Below, in pieces: positions 28,071 to 41,647 of a stretch of 64,000 bases of DNA. Numbering within the stretch: the first letter of the stretch is position 1; each line of letters opens with the position of its first letter. This stretch comes from Escherichia phage RB32, in the sequence record NC_008515.1, one strand, 5' to 3'. The notes under the pieces are model-generated. The model made no database searches. It saw only the letters and a program-made list of their open reading frames with translations, and was not told the origin of the DNA. The position numbers were made by a program, and so were the translations under genes.

Positions 28071-28651
28071 TATTCACCGCAGAATTCGTTGATATTTTCC
28101 CAGTTTAACTTATTCAAGTTTTTCTTAGGAACATTAAACACTTCAATACCTGCATTTCGCAGAATATCATCCCAGCCAGGTTTATTTTTATCGTATGTTT
28201 CACAATAAACCAGCTTTTTAATACCAGATTGAGCTATCGCTTTTGCGCAATCTGGACAGGGAGAAAGTGTTACATACATAGTAGCACCTTCAATAGAAGA
28301 ACCATTTCGTGCAGCAAACAAAATTGCATTTAGTTCAGCATGAATTTCATTTTTAGATGACCATTCCGAGTGAGCACTACGATGTTCTTTCGCCAAGACA
28401 AAACGATCAGTTGAACCAAATGATACACATTCAGGCTTATGACCTTGAATGATAGTATGTTTAGGCTTATTCAACAACCAACCTTGCTCAGCAGCATAAT
28501 CACAACAGTTCACACCCCCTGCGGGTGAACCATTATACCCAGTAGAAATAATACGTCCATTCTTTTCAATTACTGCTCCTACCTTCCAGGAGCAACATTT
28601 TGATTCCTGCGATACTAAATATGCAATTTGAAGTACTGTACTCGCTTTCAT
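28070..28651 (-). CDS. cd: dCMP deaminase
   Basis: 193 aa with zinc-deaminase motifs HAELNAI and SPCPDCAK; matches T4 Cd. Confidence 0.93.
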   Translation of the reverse strand: MKASTVLQIAYLVSQESKCCSWKVGAVIEKNGRIISTGYNGSPAGGVNCCDYAAEQGWLLNKPKHTIIQGHKPECVSFGSTDRFVLAKEHRSAHSEWSSKNEIHAELNAILFAARNGSSIEGATMYVTLSPCPDCAKAIAQSGIKKLVYCETYDKNKPGWDDILRNAGIEVFNVPKKNLNKLNWENINEFCGE

Positions 28652-28986
28652 TTCATAATCACCAGATAAGCAGATTTAGCAGTTTCAACACGATAAATTT
28701 CGTGACGAAGTTTAGTTATACTTTTAATAACAGAACTAATTATATTCTGCCCATCTTTAAAGCGGTTTTTCTTATCAATAAAAATTGCACCAGCCATCTT
28801 TTTGTGAAGCTCAACTTGATACTTCGTCACAATAATAGCATCATACACAGAAGGATGAATACTATTCACTAAAGTATCATTCATTAAAGTTATTCTAATG
28901 AACTGTGCTGTTTCAGAATCAAGCGCTCTATGATCGCCAGTATCATTTTCAAGACAATTATCAATTATATCAGTTAAATTCATCAT
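28648..28986 (-). CDS. Hypothetical protein, 112 aa (cd.1 position)
   Basis: ORF coupled by ATGA overlap to cd. Confidence 0.5.
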   Translation of the reverse strand: MMNLTDIIDNCLENDTGDHRALDSETAQFIRITLMNDTLVNSIHPSVYDAIIVTKYQVELHKKMAGAIFIDKKNRFKDGQNIISSVIKSITKLRHEIYRVETAKSAYLVIMK

Positions 28987-29219
28987 AGTACGCCATACAC
29001 CCTTTGTGCTTCAACTAATCCATCAAAATCCAGTTTAAGATGCGATATTTGATCGCCATCACCTGGATTCACAATTACTAATACTGAACGAGGAGTTTCG
29101 GTAATAACGCGAACCGACGTTTCAGGAAATCGTTCAGAAACCTTATTTACCAATTCTTGAGCAAATAGTTTAACTTTTTCTTGGAATTCTTTAACAGTAA
29201 TTGGTTTTTCGCTTAGCAT
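28983..29219 (-). CDS. Hypothetical protein, 78 aa
   Basis: ORF coupled to neighbours. Confidence 0.5.
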   Translation of the reverse strand: MLSEKPITVKEFQEKVKLFAQELVNKVSERFPETSVRVITETPRSVLVIVNPGDGDQISHLKLDFDGLVEAQRVYGVL

Positions 29220-29740
29220 GTTGATCCTAGCTCCTTACTTTCAACGTTTTTAACTAATTTGACAGAAACTAATTCAGCATCTTGAGTAATCATTACCGGG
29301 CCTTCTTCATACTCTTCAAGATATTCTAGAGCTTTCTTTTTAGCTTCTTCCTTCGTATCAGTTTGAGCATAGATATAAAACATACAACCAGTAATACCTA
29401 CTACTTTCCACTTAATTTCTTTATCAGCTTTAATTTCAAATTTACTGACAGAATCATCTTTTTGAACTTCTTCGAAAAAAGAATATTCTAACATATAAGC
29501 AATTGAAAATAACGGGCTAACTTTATAGGATTCACCCATTACATCAACAGCTTTATACCAACAATCATCAATTTCGCGTTTAATGCTAATAACATTTTTC
29601 GCAGGATCTATTTTTACTTTAAATGAATTTTCCCCAATAAACTGGGCAATTCGTTTATTAGCCCCGCAAGTTTCATTAAAAATATCTTTATATCCAGCTT
29701 TAAAGCGATAAACCTTATCTTCTTCAAACCATTCGCTCAT
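29213..29740 (-). CDS. Hypothetical protein, 175 aa
   Basis: ORF with an early promoter upstream. Confidence 0.55.
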   Translation of the reverse strand: MSEWFEEDKVYRFKAGYKDIFNETCGANKRIAQFIGENSFKVKIDPAKNVISIKREIDDCWYKAVDVMGESYKVSPLFSIAYMLEYSFFEEVQKDDSVSKFEIKADKEIKWKVVGITGCMFYIYAQTDTKEEAKKKALEYLEEYEEGPVMITQDAELVSVKLVKNVESKELGSTC

Positions 29741-29770
29741 TTCAATTTCCTCATTTGTTTTGGTAGAGCT

Positions 29771-29800
29771 ATAATATCACAACTCTACCGTAAAGTAAAC
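29771..29800 (-). promoter_or_regulatory. Early promoter GTTTAC-N18-TATTAT
   Basis: Minus-strand consensus match upstream of the 175-aa ORF. Confidence 0.45.
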
Positions 29801-29802
29801 TA

Positions 29803-30078
29803 TTAAATTGCTTTGAATTCTGATGTCTGTGATTCAAAGCGAATGTCGCCTTTGATAACTAGCTCAGCATCAAGACCAAATACAACAATGATATGCGCGG
29901 AACCTGGATACAACGTAATGGCAATAGAATCCACCTGGTCTGGAAGCAAAGCGTTCAATACATGAGTCACTTGAGCGTGGATTCGAAGTTCAGCTGCATT
30001 ATCAAGCTTTTCAAACATGTTATTAGCGATAATTTGGCTAAACACTACTTCTACGATTTTAGAGTAAGTCGGAAACAT
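29803..30078 (-). CDS. Hypothetical protein, 91 aa
   Basis: ORF between pseT and the cd-distal genes. Confidence 0.5.
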   Translation of the reverse strand: MFPTYSKIVEVVFSQIIANNMFEKLDNAAELRIHAQVTHVLNALLPDQVDSIAITLYPGSAHIIVVFGLDAELVIKGDIRFESQTSEFKAI

Positions 30079-30142
30079 ATTTACCTCACATAATTTTCTT
30101 CAAGCCAATTAATAATATCCCAAGTTTCATGGTGCAAAGCCA

Positions 30143-31364
<1,222 letters not shown>

Positions 31365-31368
<4 letters not shown>

Positions 31369-31595
31369 TTATTTTTCTCAACCAACGATTGAATATAATC
31401 ATGCAGGTCTTTAGATGCTTTACCCCACTTATTTTGATATTCATTTTTAAGATTAGCTCGAGATTGAGCTAATAAAACATCATTAGTTGGAGGTAAAGAT
31501 TCTAACCGCTGAATCTGGCGTCCATAAATCATTGCAGCCATCTCGGATTCATAAATCAATCCTTTGAGATGTTCAAATTGATGCCATGAAATCAT
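31365..31595 (-). CDS. Hypothetical protein, 76 aa
   Basis: ORF coupled to neighbours. Confidence 0.45.
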
Positions 31596-31891
31596 TTACA
31601 TTTATCCTCTTTTAGCTCTTGACGATAATAACATATCATAGTTTTTTGGTCATGTACATATCGTTTTACATCATTAAGCCAAATACGAAATTCCTGGGAA
31701 TCTTCAAATGGCATACCGACCCAAGCTTTACCATCAATAACTTTAACTTGCCAAGATAGTTTAGCTTCATCATATGACTTTATTTGTACAGGCCAATTAG
31801 GATGAACTGTTTCTTTCTTTACTTCTAGAGGCTTTGTCGAACAACCAACTAGAAGACCAATAGATAATATTACTGCCGATAGTTTAATCAT
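31592..31891 (-). CDS. Outer-membrane lipoprotein, candidate o-spanin (Rz1 equivalent)
   Basis: Signal peptide with lipobox LLVGC (MIKLSAVILSIGLLVGCSTKP...); start overlaps the upstream membrane/coiled-coil ORF by 4 nt. Confidence 0.65.
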   Translation of the reverse strand: MIKLSAVILSIGLLVGCSTKPLEVKKETVHPNWPVQIKSYDEAKLSWQVKVIDGKAWVGMPFEDSQEFRIWLNDVKRYVHDQKTMICYYRQELKEDKCK

Positions 31892-32241
31892 TTAGAAAGG
31901 TCCTGGATGTCTTCTGCGAACTTGTTGAAGGAGTTGTTGATTTGTTTTTCAACCAATCCTGGCTTATGAGCCACCACATCCGCCTTCTTTGCATCTTTGC
32001 GCAGTTTTTCATTTTCACGCTCAATAGCAGCAATTGCCTCACGATTTTTAGTATTCATCGCATCAATATAATTATACTGAATTCGCAAATTATTTAATGC
32101 TAAAGCGTTTTCATTGGCTGTTTTTGTAATTTCAGTAACTGATGTTTCTAATCTTTCTACCTTATTTTTTAAAATAATAGATGTTCCGCCAAATGCTATT
32201 ACAAGTAATAGCAATCCAGTTGTTGTATTACTTAATTGCAT
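31888..32241 (-). CDS. N-terminally anchored coiled-coil protein, candidate i-spanin (Rz equivalent)
   Basis: N-terminal TM helix GLLLLVIAFGGTSIIL followed by a charged helical region; paired with the lipoprotein gene. Confidence 0.6.
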   Translation of the reverse strand: MQLSNTTTGLLLLVIAFGGTSIILKNKVERLETSVTEITKTANENALALNNLRIQYNYIDAMNTKNREAIAAIERENEKLRKDAKKADVVAHKPGLVEKQINNSFNKFAEDIQDLSK

Positions 32242-32738
32242 AAAGTTTTAATAACCTCTATAATATCGTCTTGAGAAAGACCGTTAATTAAAATATGATG
32301 TTCCGCCGGAGATTTAGAAATTTTAAAGCATGCCGCAACATCTTCTGCCATATCCGATGCGCTACGATTTGGATTACTAATTCCAAGACGATGTTTTCCT
32401 GTTAAAGGATTAACGATGATATAGCATTTACAGCTATTGATATGAACATTAGGTTGAGTCTGATTAATGAACACTTCACAATCATACTTAGCGAGTTGAT
32501 TTTCTAAAAAGACTTTCATCTCTTCAACCGCATCAGGAAGCATATCACGGGCTTGCTCAAGACGACGATTTCGATATTCTTTAATGGTCGTTTTCCGCTT
32601 GACTTGCTTAGCTAAATCTTTCTTAAGATCGGTGATATATCCAACTCGACGATTTCCTTTGAATACAGAAATCCCATCTGTAGTATCACCGTATGCTTCA
32701 ACGACCATTTCAGTAGTAATAAGTTGTAAATCCATCAT
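32232..32738 (-). CDS. alc: Alc, inhibitor of host transcription on cytosine DNA
   Basis: 167/168 aa (tandem ATG start), T4 alc position upstream of pseT-distal genes and downstream of rnlA. Confidence 0.8.
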   Translation of the reverse strand: MMDLQLITTEMVVEAYGDTTDGISVFKGNRRVGYITDLKKDLAKQVKRKTTIKEYRNRRLEQARDMLPDAVEEMKVFLENQLAKYDCEVFINQTQPNVHINSCKCYIIVNPLTGKHRLGISNPNRSASDMAEDVAACFKISKSPAEHHILINGLSQDDIIEVIKTLCN

Positions 32739-32742
32739 AAAG

Positions 32743-32796
32743 TCCTCATGTTATGTCAGTAAGACTACTATAACACAACACGAGGGACTTGTAAAC
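32743..32796 (-). repeat. 54-bp element, copy 2: early promoter + leader + SD in front of alc
   Basis: Identical to 17377..17430; -35 GTTTAC at 32796..32791, -10 TATAGT at 32772..32767 (minus strand). Confidence 0.7.
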
Positions 32797-32799
32797 AGC

Positions 32800-34387
<1,588 letters not shown>

Positions 34388-34414
34388 AATAAAATGGGCC
34401 TTGCGGCCCACTCC

Positions 34415-35593
34415 TTAAAAGTATTTTTTAAAACTCATCATAACTTTATCATCAACATCATTATCAATCTGTGCAACAAGGTAAGATGACAGTTCTACTT
34501 CTTGTGGCGCGGATTGAACATTATCAGAATTAAGATATTCACGAATCCAAGGATATGGGTGTTTAACCGGAGCATCGGTAATTGGGCATGGAAGACCACA
34601 CTGTTTCATACGAGATACAGTTAAGTAATCAATAAAGCTCCACATGCTATTTGTATTTAATCCAGGAACATCGCCATCTTTAAATAAATGAACTGCCCAA
34701 TCTTTTTCTTGGCGGTTAACTTCCATGAAAATATCAACTGCTTCTTGTTCACACTCTTGAGCAATTTTAACCCATTCATCACCATCAGTACCGGATTGAA
34801 GTTGACGAATAATATATTGGGTGCCTTTAAGGTGAAGCTGTTCATCGCGTGCAATGAACTTCATAATCTTGGCATTACCTTCCATGATTTCCATGTTCTT
34901 ATGGAAGTTAAAGGTACATGCAAAAGATACATAAAAACGAATAGCTTCTAAGGCATTAATAACGTGTAAACAGAGGTAAAGAGACTTCATTAAAGCACAT
35001 TTAGCTTCGGCTTCTTGTTTAATAGCTCGGTTTAAACGAAAATCAGCATCAGGAGATTCTTTAGCTAGTTCTACAAATTCTTTAGCGTTTTCCCATTCAC
35101 GGGTTTTAACCAAGACATCATCATAATAGCGACCGATAGATTCAGCACGTTTCATGATAGCTTCATCTAATACAATCTCATCAAATACCTTCGATGGATC
35201 AGTATAAAGATTTCGCATGATATGAGTATATGAACGACTGTGAATAGTTTCACTAAAAGTCCATGTAGCAACCCACGTATCAAGGCTTGGGTCTGAAATT
35301 AATGACATAAGTACAGCAGACGGCGCACGACCCTGAATGCTATCCAAAAGTGATTGATACTTCAAGTTGTTAGTAAAAATATTTTGCTGATACTGAGGAA
35401 GCTTATTAAACTGTGCAGCATCCATCATTAAGTTTACTTCTTCCGGGCGCCAGAAAAATGATAAGGACTTTTCTGTAAGTTCTTCAAATACTCGATGCCG
35501 TTGAATATCATAACGCGCAATACCAAGACCTGAACCAAAAAACATAGGTTCTTTTAAAACATCAACTGGGTTTGTATTAAAAACTGTGCTCAT
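34415..35593 (-). CDS. nrdB: Ribonucleotide reductase small subunit
   Basis: 392 aa uninterrupted ORF (no intron). Confidence 0.95.
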   Translation of the reverse strand: MSTVFNTNPVDVLKEPMFFGSGLGIARYDIQRHRVFEELTEKSLSFFWRPEEVNLMMDAAQFNKLPQYQQNIFTNNLKYQSLLDSIQGRAPSAVLMSLISDPSLDTWVATWTFSETIHSRSYTHIMRNLYTDPSKVFDEIVLDEAIMKRAESIGRYYDDVLVKTREWENAKEFVELAKESPDADFRLNRAIKQEAEAKCALMKSLYLCLHVINALEAIRFYVSFACTFNFHKNMEIMEGNAKIMKFIARDEQLHLKGTQYIIRQLQSGTDGDEWVKIAQECEQEAVDIFMEVNRQEKDWAVHLFKDGDVPGLNTNSMWSFIDYLTVSRMKQCGLPCPITDAPVKHPYPWIREYLNSDNVQSAPQEVELSSYLVAQIDNDVDDKVMMSFKKYF

Positions 35594-35644
35594 AAATTTT
35601 CCACTTAGTTAATAGTTGGTGACTCGTCCGTGAGTCAAATTATA

Positions 35645-37909
35645 TCATAATTTACAGGATGAACAATCTTCAGCTTTTGGAGTTTCTATTTCATAATCAT
35701 CAGTACCAGAACCATCACGGGTATTATGATAATAGAAATTTTTAATGCCATAATACCATCCGTATAGCATGTCATCAATCATTATTGACATTGGAACCTT
35801 TCCTTTTGGAAAAATCTGCGGGTCATAGTATGTATTCGCTGAAGCTGATTGACATACCCATTTCAGCATAATAGCTACCTGCGTAAGATAAGGTTTATTA
35901 CCTTTCTTAGCTAATTTCCACGTATAATCATATAGGTCTATGTTATGCTCAATATTGGGCACGACTTGATTAAAGGAGCCCTCTTTTGATTCTTTAACAG
36001 AGACTGGTCCACGTGGAGGCTCGATGCCGTTTGTACTGTTAGAAACTTGGGAAGATGACTCACATGGCATAAGTGCTGATAATGTGCTATTACGGATGCC
36101 AAAGAGCTTAAGGTCTTCCCGCAGCGCCGACCAGTCACAAACGTATTTTGGAGCTGCGATTTGGTCAATCTTTTTATTGTACCAGTCGATAGGTAGTTCG
36201 CCTCGAGACCAACGAGTGTCTGAATAATATTCGCAAGGTCCTTTTTCTTTGGCGAGCTTAATGGATGCTTTAATGAGTCCATACTGTAATCTCTCAAATA
36301 GTTCATGTGTTAAATCGTTAGCATCTTCATAAGAAGCAAAGTTACTTGCCAGCCAAGCTGCATAGTTAGTAACACCTACACCAAGGTTACGACGCTTTTT
36401 AGCTTTTTCTGCTTCAGGAACTGGATATCCTTGGTAATCCAAAAGATTATCAAGAGCACGAACTTGAACTTCTGCCAATTCATTAATTTTATCTTGGTCT
36501 TGCCAGTCAAAATTATCTAGTACGAATGCAGATAACGTGCACAAGCCAATTTCAGCATCAGGACTATTCACATCATTTGTTGGAATAGCAATTTCACAGC
36601 ACAAGTTACTCTGACGAATAGGTGCCTTTTCACGAATAAACGGAGTATAGTTATTCGTATTATCAATGAACTGCACATAAATCCTTGCTGTTCCTGAACG
36701 TTCAGTCATGAGCAATTCAAATAGTTCACGGGCTTTAATACGCTTTTTGCGAATATTAGGGTCTTTTTCTGCTGCTTCGTATAATTCACGGAAACGGTCT
36801 TGGTCTTTAAAATAAGAATAATAAAGCTCGCCACCCATTTCATGCGGACTGAACAAAGTAATATAATCGTTCTTTCCGAATCGTTCCATCATCAAATCAT
36901 TCAGTTGAACACCATAATCCATATGACGAATGCGGTTTTCTTCTACGCCTTTGTTATTTTTCAAAACGAGAAGATTTTCAACTTCCAAATGCCAAATAGG
37001 ATAATAAGCAGTAGCAGCGCCGCCACGAATTCCACCCTGTGAGCATGATTTAACAGCAGTCTGAAAATGTTTCCAAAAAGGAATAACACCAGTATGGCGT
37101 ACTTCACCCATGCCAATCTTAGAACCTTCGGCACGAATCATACCAACGTTAATACCAATTCCAGCGCGTTTAGAGATATATTCAACAATTGAAGCGGAAG
37201 CCTTATTGATAGACTTCAATGAATCTCCTGCCTCAATAACAACACATGAACTAAACTGTCGAGTTGGAGTACGACAACCAGCCATAATAGGAGTTGGCAA
37301 TGAAATCTGTCGAGTAGATACTGCTTCATAAAAACGAATAACGTGTTTTAATCTATCAACAGGTTCATCTTGATGCAGTGCCATTCCAATAGTCATAAAT
37401 GCAAACTGTGGAGTTTCATAAATTTGACCAGTGGTTTTATCTTTAACTAGATATTTTTCTTTTAATTGCATCGCCCCGGAATAAGTAAATTCCATATCCC
37501 GTTCGTGCTTAATTTTTGATTCTAAAAATGTAATTTCTTCTGCTGAATATTTTGACAATAATTCAGGGTCATATTTACCTTCATTTACACAATAAGAAAT
37601 ATGGTCAATAAATGAACGTGGTTCATACTGCCCATAAACATGCTTACGAAGAGCAAACATTAAACAACGCGCAGCTACATATTGATAATCAGGCTCTTCA
37701 ACCGAAATAGAATTCGCAGCAGCCTTAATGACAATAGTCTGAATATCATCAGTTGTCATTCCATCACGGAGATAAGATTTAATATTTTCATATAATTCAT
37801 AAGGATCTACTGATGTTCCTTCAGCTGCCCAAGATAAAACTTTAATAATTTTTTGTGGGTCAAAGCTCTGAGAAACACCACTACTTTTGATAACATTAAT
37901 TAATTGCAT
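35645..37909 (-). CDS. nrdA: Ribonucleotide reductase large subunit
   Basis: 754 aa, same length as T4 NrdA. Confidence 0.96.
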   Translation of the reverse strand: MQLINVIKSSGVSQSFDPQKIIKVLSWAAEGTSVDPYELYENIKSYLRDGMTTDDIQTIVIKAAANSISVEEPDYQYVAARCLMFALRKHVYGQYEPRSFIDHISYCVNEGKYDPELLSKYSAEEITFLESKIKHERDMEFTYSGAMQLKEKYLVKDKTTGQIYETPQFAFMTIGMALHQDEPVDRLKHVIRFYEAVSTRQISLPTPIMAGCRTPTRQFSSCVVIEAGDSLKSINKASASIVEYISKRAGIGINVGMIRAEGSKIGMGEVRHTGVIPFWKHFQTAVKSCSQGGIRGGAATAYYPIWHLEVENLLVLKNNKGVEENRIRHMDYGVQLNDLMMERFGKNDYITLFSPHEMGGELYYSYFKDQDRFRELYEAAEKDPNIRKKRIKARELFELLMTERSGTARIYVQFIDNTNNYTPFIREKAPIRQSNLCCEIAIPTNDVNSPDAEIGLCTLSAFVLDNFDWQDQDKINELAEVQVRALDNLLDYQGYPVPEAEKAKKRRNLGVGVTNYAAWLASNFASYEDANDLTHELFERLQYGLIKASIKLAKEKGPCEYYSDTRWSRGELPIDWYNKKIDQIAAPKYVCDWSALREDLKLFGIRNSTLSALMPCESSSQVSNSTNGIEPPRGPVSVKESKEGSFNQVVPNIEHNIDLYDYTWKLAKKGNKPYLTQVAIMLKWVCQSASANTYYDPQIFPKGKVPMSIMIDDMLYGWYYGIKNFYYHNTRDGSGTDDYEIETPKAEDCSSCKL

Positions 37910-38226
37910 AAGTCCTCAACTTGAAAATCGTCTTTAAACAATCGGTTAACTATATGAGCTATTATATCACCATGACACGGCTTTGGTTTACATGTGCATC
38001 CTAGCCTCATTCCACGTAAAGGCTCTAAATGTGCTTTAGTTATTTCTCCGGATTTAATTCGACGTATAAAATCTTTTTTGAATAATTCAATGGCAGCCTC
38101 CCGGCTGCCAGCATCTTTACCGACGTAATTCCCCCAAAATGTACCACGGTGAATATTAACATCAAAGTCGGATTTATATTTATTCACTACCCGGCATAGA
38201 CGGCCCGCGCGGTTGTAGGTGTTCAT
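37900..38226 (-). CDS. Hypothetical Cys/His-containing protein, 108 aa
   Basis: ORF with motif [12 protein letters not shown]; overlaps nrdA start by 10 nt. Confidence 0.5.
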   Translation of the reverse strand: MNTYNRAGRLCRVVNKYKSDFDVNIHRGTFWGNYVGKDAGSREAAIELFKKDFIRRIKSGEITKAHLEPLRGMRLGCTCKPKPCHGDIIAHIVNRLFKDDFQVEDLCN

Positions 38227-38455
38227 ATTGTTCTTCCGTTAAAACAGTAATATCGTAGTAACAGTCAGAAGAAGTTTTAACTGTAGAAATTTTATTATCA
38301 AAATACTCACGAGTCATTTTATGAGTATAATATTTTTTGCCATAAATGATAATAGGCTGATTTGGTCCTGGAACTTCTAACTCACTTGGATTAGGAAGTG
38401 TAAAAAGAACTACACCAGAAGTATCTTTAAATCGTAAAATCATATATCCTCGCAA
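38180..38455 (-). CDS. Hypothetical protein, 91 aa
   Basis: ORF between td and nrdA. Confidence 0.45.
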   Translation of the reverse strand: MRGYMILRFKDTSGVVLFTLPNPSELEVPGPNQPIIIYGKKYYTHKMTREYFDNKISTVKTSSDCYYDITVLTEEQYEHLQPRGPSMPGSE

Positions 38456-38466
38456 TTAAATTAAAA

Positions 38467-39327
38467 TTACACCGCCATCTTTCCTTTAATAGAAGGGTGT
38501 GATTCATAGTTGTTAAGAACAAAATTATGCGGCTTTACGAATTGACTCAACCAAAATACCTGCGATTCTGTGTCCCATTCATCAAATTCATCTGGAAATT
38601 TTAATTGCAATTCGCATAAATCCATAGGTTCACGACGTAAAATTTCTTTACATTGTTCTACGTGATTCATATAGATATGAGTATTACCACCGGAAAATAT
38701 CAAATCTCCCGGAATAAGATTACACATCTTAGCTACAATATGAACTAACGTAGCATATGATGCAATGTTGAATGGCAAGCCCAAGAACACGTCAACACTT
38801 CTTTGATACCACTGTAAATCCAAATAGCCATTACGCACATTAAATTGATAGAACATATGACAAGGCGGTAATGCCATATATTTAAGTTCAGCTGGATTCC
38901 ACGCAGAAACAATTTGTCGCCTATCATTCGGCAGTTTTTTAATACGATCAATAACTTCTACAATTTGGTCTACACCGCCAAAATCACGCCATTGTTTTCC
39001 ATAAATTGGACCAAGTTCACCGCTATGGTATCCTAAATCTTTTGCTTGATTTTCGTAATTTTCATCCCAGACTGTTTTGCCTTGAATTAATGAATCATGC
39101 TGAATTAATCGTAAATCATTGACATTTGTGCTTCCTGATAAAAACCATATTAACTCAGCAATGCAAGCTTTCCAGGCGAGCTTTTTAGTTGTTACTGCAG
39201 GAAAACCTTTGGTTAAATCCCAACGCAATTTAGTACCGAACAAAGCAATTGTTCCTGTGCCTGTTCGGTCATCAGTTTCGTAGCCATTTTCAAAAATGTC
39301 TTTAATTAAATCTTGGTATTGTTTCAT
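38467..39327 (-). CDS. td: Thymidylate synthase
   Basis: 286 aa uninterrupted ORF (no intron); MKQYQDLIKDIFENGYETDDRTGTGTIALFG... and active-site region ALPPCHMFYQF. Confidence 0.95.
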   Translation of the reverse strand: MKQYQDLIKDIFENGYETDDRTGTGTIALFGTKLRWDLTKGFPAVTTKKLAWKACIAELIWFLSGSTNVNDLRLIQHDSLIQGKTVWDENYENQAKDLGYHSGELGPIYGKQWRDFGGVDQIVEVIDRIKKLPNDRRQIVSAWNPAELKYMALPPCHMFYQFNVRNGYLDLQWYQRSVDVFLGLPFNIASYATLVHIVAKMCNLIPGDLIFSGGNTHIYMNHVEQCKEILRREPMDLCELQLKFPDEFDEWDTESQVFWLSQFVKPHNFVLNNYESHPSIKGKMAV

Positions 39328-39372
39328 TTAGTACCTTATATAAATTATAATACATTTTATGAAGCTAAATAA

Positions 39373-39720
39373 TCAATACGGTTTAGCATCAAATTTTCTC
39401 TCAATTTCAGGCGTGAAATATAATTCTTTACCGCGTTTGGAAAAGCGACCAATAATATGATAATTATTCTCATCAAACGTGATATTACCAATATCCATAG
39501 CTTTCAACCAAATATCGATATTTCTATCCAGCTTTATGTCAAAATTCCAATACGGAAAACTATTACCGAAAATACTGCAAGCGGATTCAGTGCAACAACT
39601 GCTATAAATCTTGTCTTTAGGAACTACTAATTGATAGACACCTTTAATAAACTGAGGACCCTGCCATTTTGGTTGTTTCGCGTCTTTTTCTAATAGAATA
39701 GGGTAATAATTAAAGTTCAT
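39373..39720 (-). CDS. Hypothetical protein, 115 aa, inserted between frd and td
   Basis: ORF from the ATG at 39720 (the track start at 39732 is a GTG); Cys cluster SSCCTESACS. Confidence 0.5.
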   Translation of the reverse strand: MNFNYYPILLEKDAKQPKWQGPQFIKGVYQLVVPKDKIYSSCCTESACSIFGNSFPYWNFDIKLDRNIDIWLKAMDIGNITFDENNYHIIGRFSKRGKELYFTPEIERKFDAKPY

Positions 39721-39740
39721 ATTTTCCGGCACGCGTTATT

Positions 39741-40570
<830 letters not shown>

Positions 40571-40581
40571 ATTATTTTCCC

Positions 40582-40824
40582 CTAAACAGACTTTTTCACA
40601 ATTTTCCAATCAGCTTTAAACTGCTCGACGTCAGAATGGTAAATCCAGAATCCTGCACTTTCTCCGTCTTCATAAAGAGGACATCCATCACATTCATCTT
40701 CCCATCCCATGTCACGTAAAAGATGTTCAGCTTTTTCAACAAGTTCAGAATCTTTACCGATGATATTAAAATACCATTTACCTCTAACTTCTGAATCTTT
40801 GATACTCTGACGTTGTAATCTCAT
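40582..40824 (-). CDS. Hypothetical protein, 80 aa
   Basis: ORF in the frd-32 intergenic run. Confidence 0.5.
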   Translation of the reverse strand: MRLQRQSIKDSEVRGKWYFNIIGKDSELVEKAEHLLRDMGWEDECDGCPLYEDGESAGFWIYHSDVEQFKADWKIVKKSV

Positions 40825-40933
40825 TTTATTCTCCTTAGCAAGTTTTAATCAAAAGATATAAACAGACCAACATAACTGCTGCCATAATATAAGGTGCGAA
40901 CATTTTCTTTTCTCCATTAGTTTTGATAGGGTA

Positions 40934-40963
40934 ATAGTATCACACTACTACCCTGATGTAAAC
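40934..40963 (-). promoter_or_regulatory. Early promoter GTTTAC-N18-TACTAT
   Basis: Minus-strand consensus match directly after the stop of the 133-aa ORF. Confidence 0.45.
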
Positions 40964-41364
40964 TACTTTTTGAAAGTTTTTCGCAAAAGTTCAATGATTT
41001 CATCTACATTATTTTCGTCAACAATGCAGTGAATTTTTGTTACGCCAGAAACCTTGTCTTTGACTTCATCCTCTTCAGAAGTCGGTTCTTTATATTCGCG
41101 GAAACAATAAAACTCTTCTTCACTAAGTTCAAAATAATCATCACCCATACCATCATCATTATAAATTTCACCATTAGCACAAATGATTTCGGTTACATAA
41201 TCAAAGCCATCTAAACTTGATATTGATTTAACTTCAAACCAACCGCCATTTTCTTGAATGATGCCGACCATACTAGCATTTGATGAACTAATATCAATGA
41301 AAGATTTAATACGATGTGGATTTAACTCGTATTTTTTGCCGATTTCCATTTTGATTTTCCTCAT
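40963..41364 (-). CDS. Hypothetical acidic protein, 133 aa
   Basis: ORF; a stem-loop lies just upstream. Confidence 0.5.
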   Translation of the reverse strand: MRKIKMEIGKKYELNPHRIKSFIDISSSNASMVGIIQENGGWFEVKSISSLDGFDYVTEIICANGEIYNDDGMGDDYFELSEEEFYCFREYKEPTSEEDEVKDKVSGVTKIHCIVDENNVDEIIELLRKTFKK

Positions 41365-41395
41365 TTTAATAGGGGCTTAATAGCCCCCTTGATAA

Positions 41396-41647
41396 TTATT
41401 GTTCAATCAGTCCCATGTAAAATTCTACGTCTTCAGCATCCATACCATCGCAGTATTCATTAGCCATAAACCGCTCAAGAACTTCTAAAGGACCTTCAAT
41501 AACGATTTGAATACTCCAAAACTTAGAATCTTGTACACTTGTGATACTAAGTTCAGGATAACGATTACGAATAATTTCTTCAATATATTCAAAATCAACG
41601 ATGTCAATATCAACTTTAGCCATATTATTTTCCTCTTTAATTATCAA
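41396..41647 (-). CDS. Hypothetical acidic protein, 83 aa
   Basis: ORF downstream of an early promoter. Confidence 0.5.
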   Translation of the reverse strand: MIIKEENNMAKVDIDIVDFEYIEEIIRNRYPELSITSVQDSKFWSIQIVIEGPLEVLERFMANEYCDGMDAEDVEFYMGLIEQ

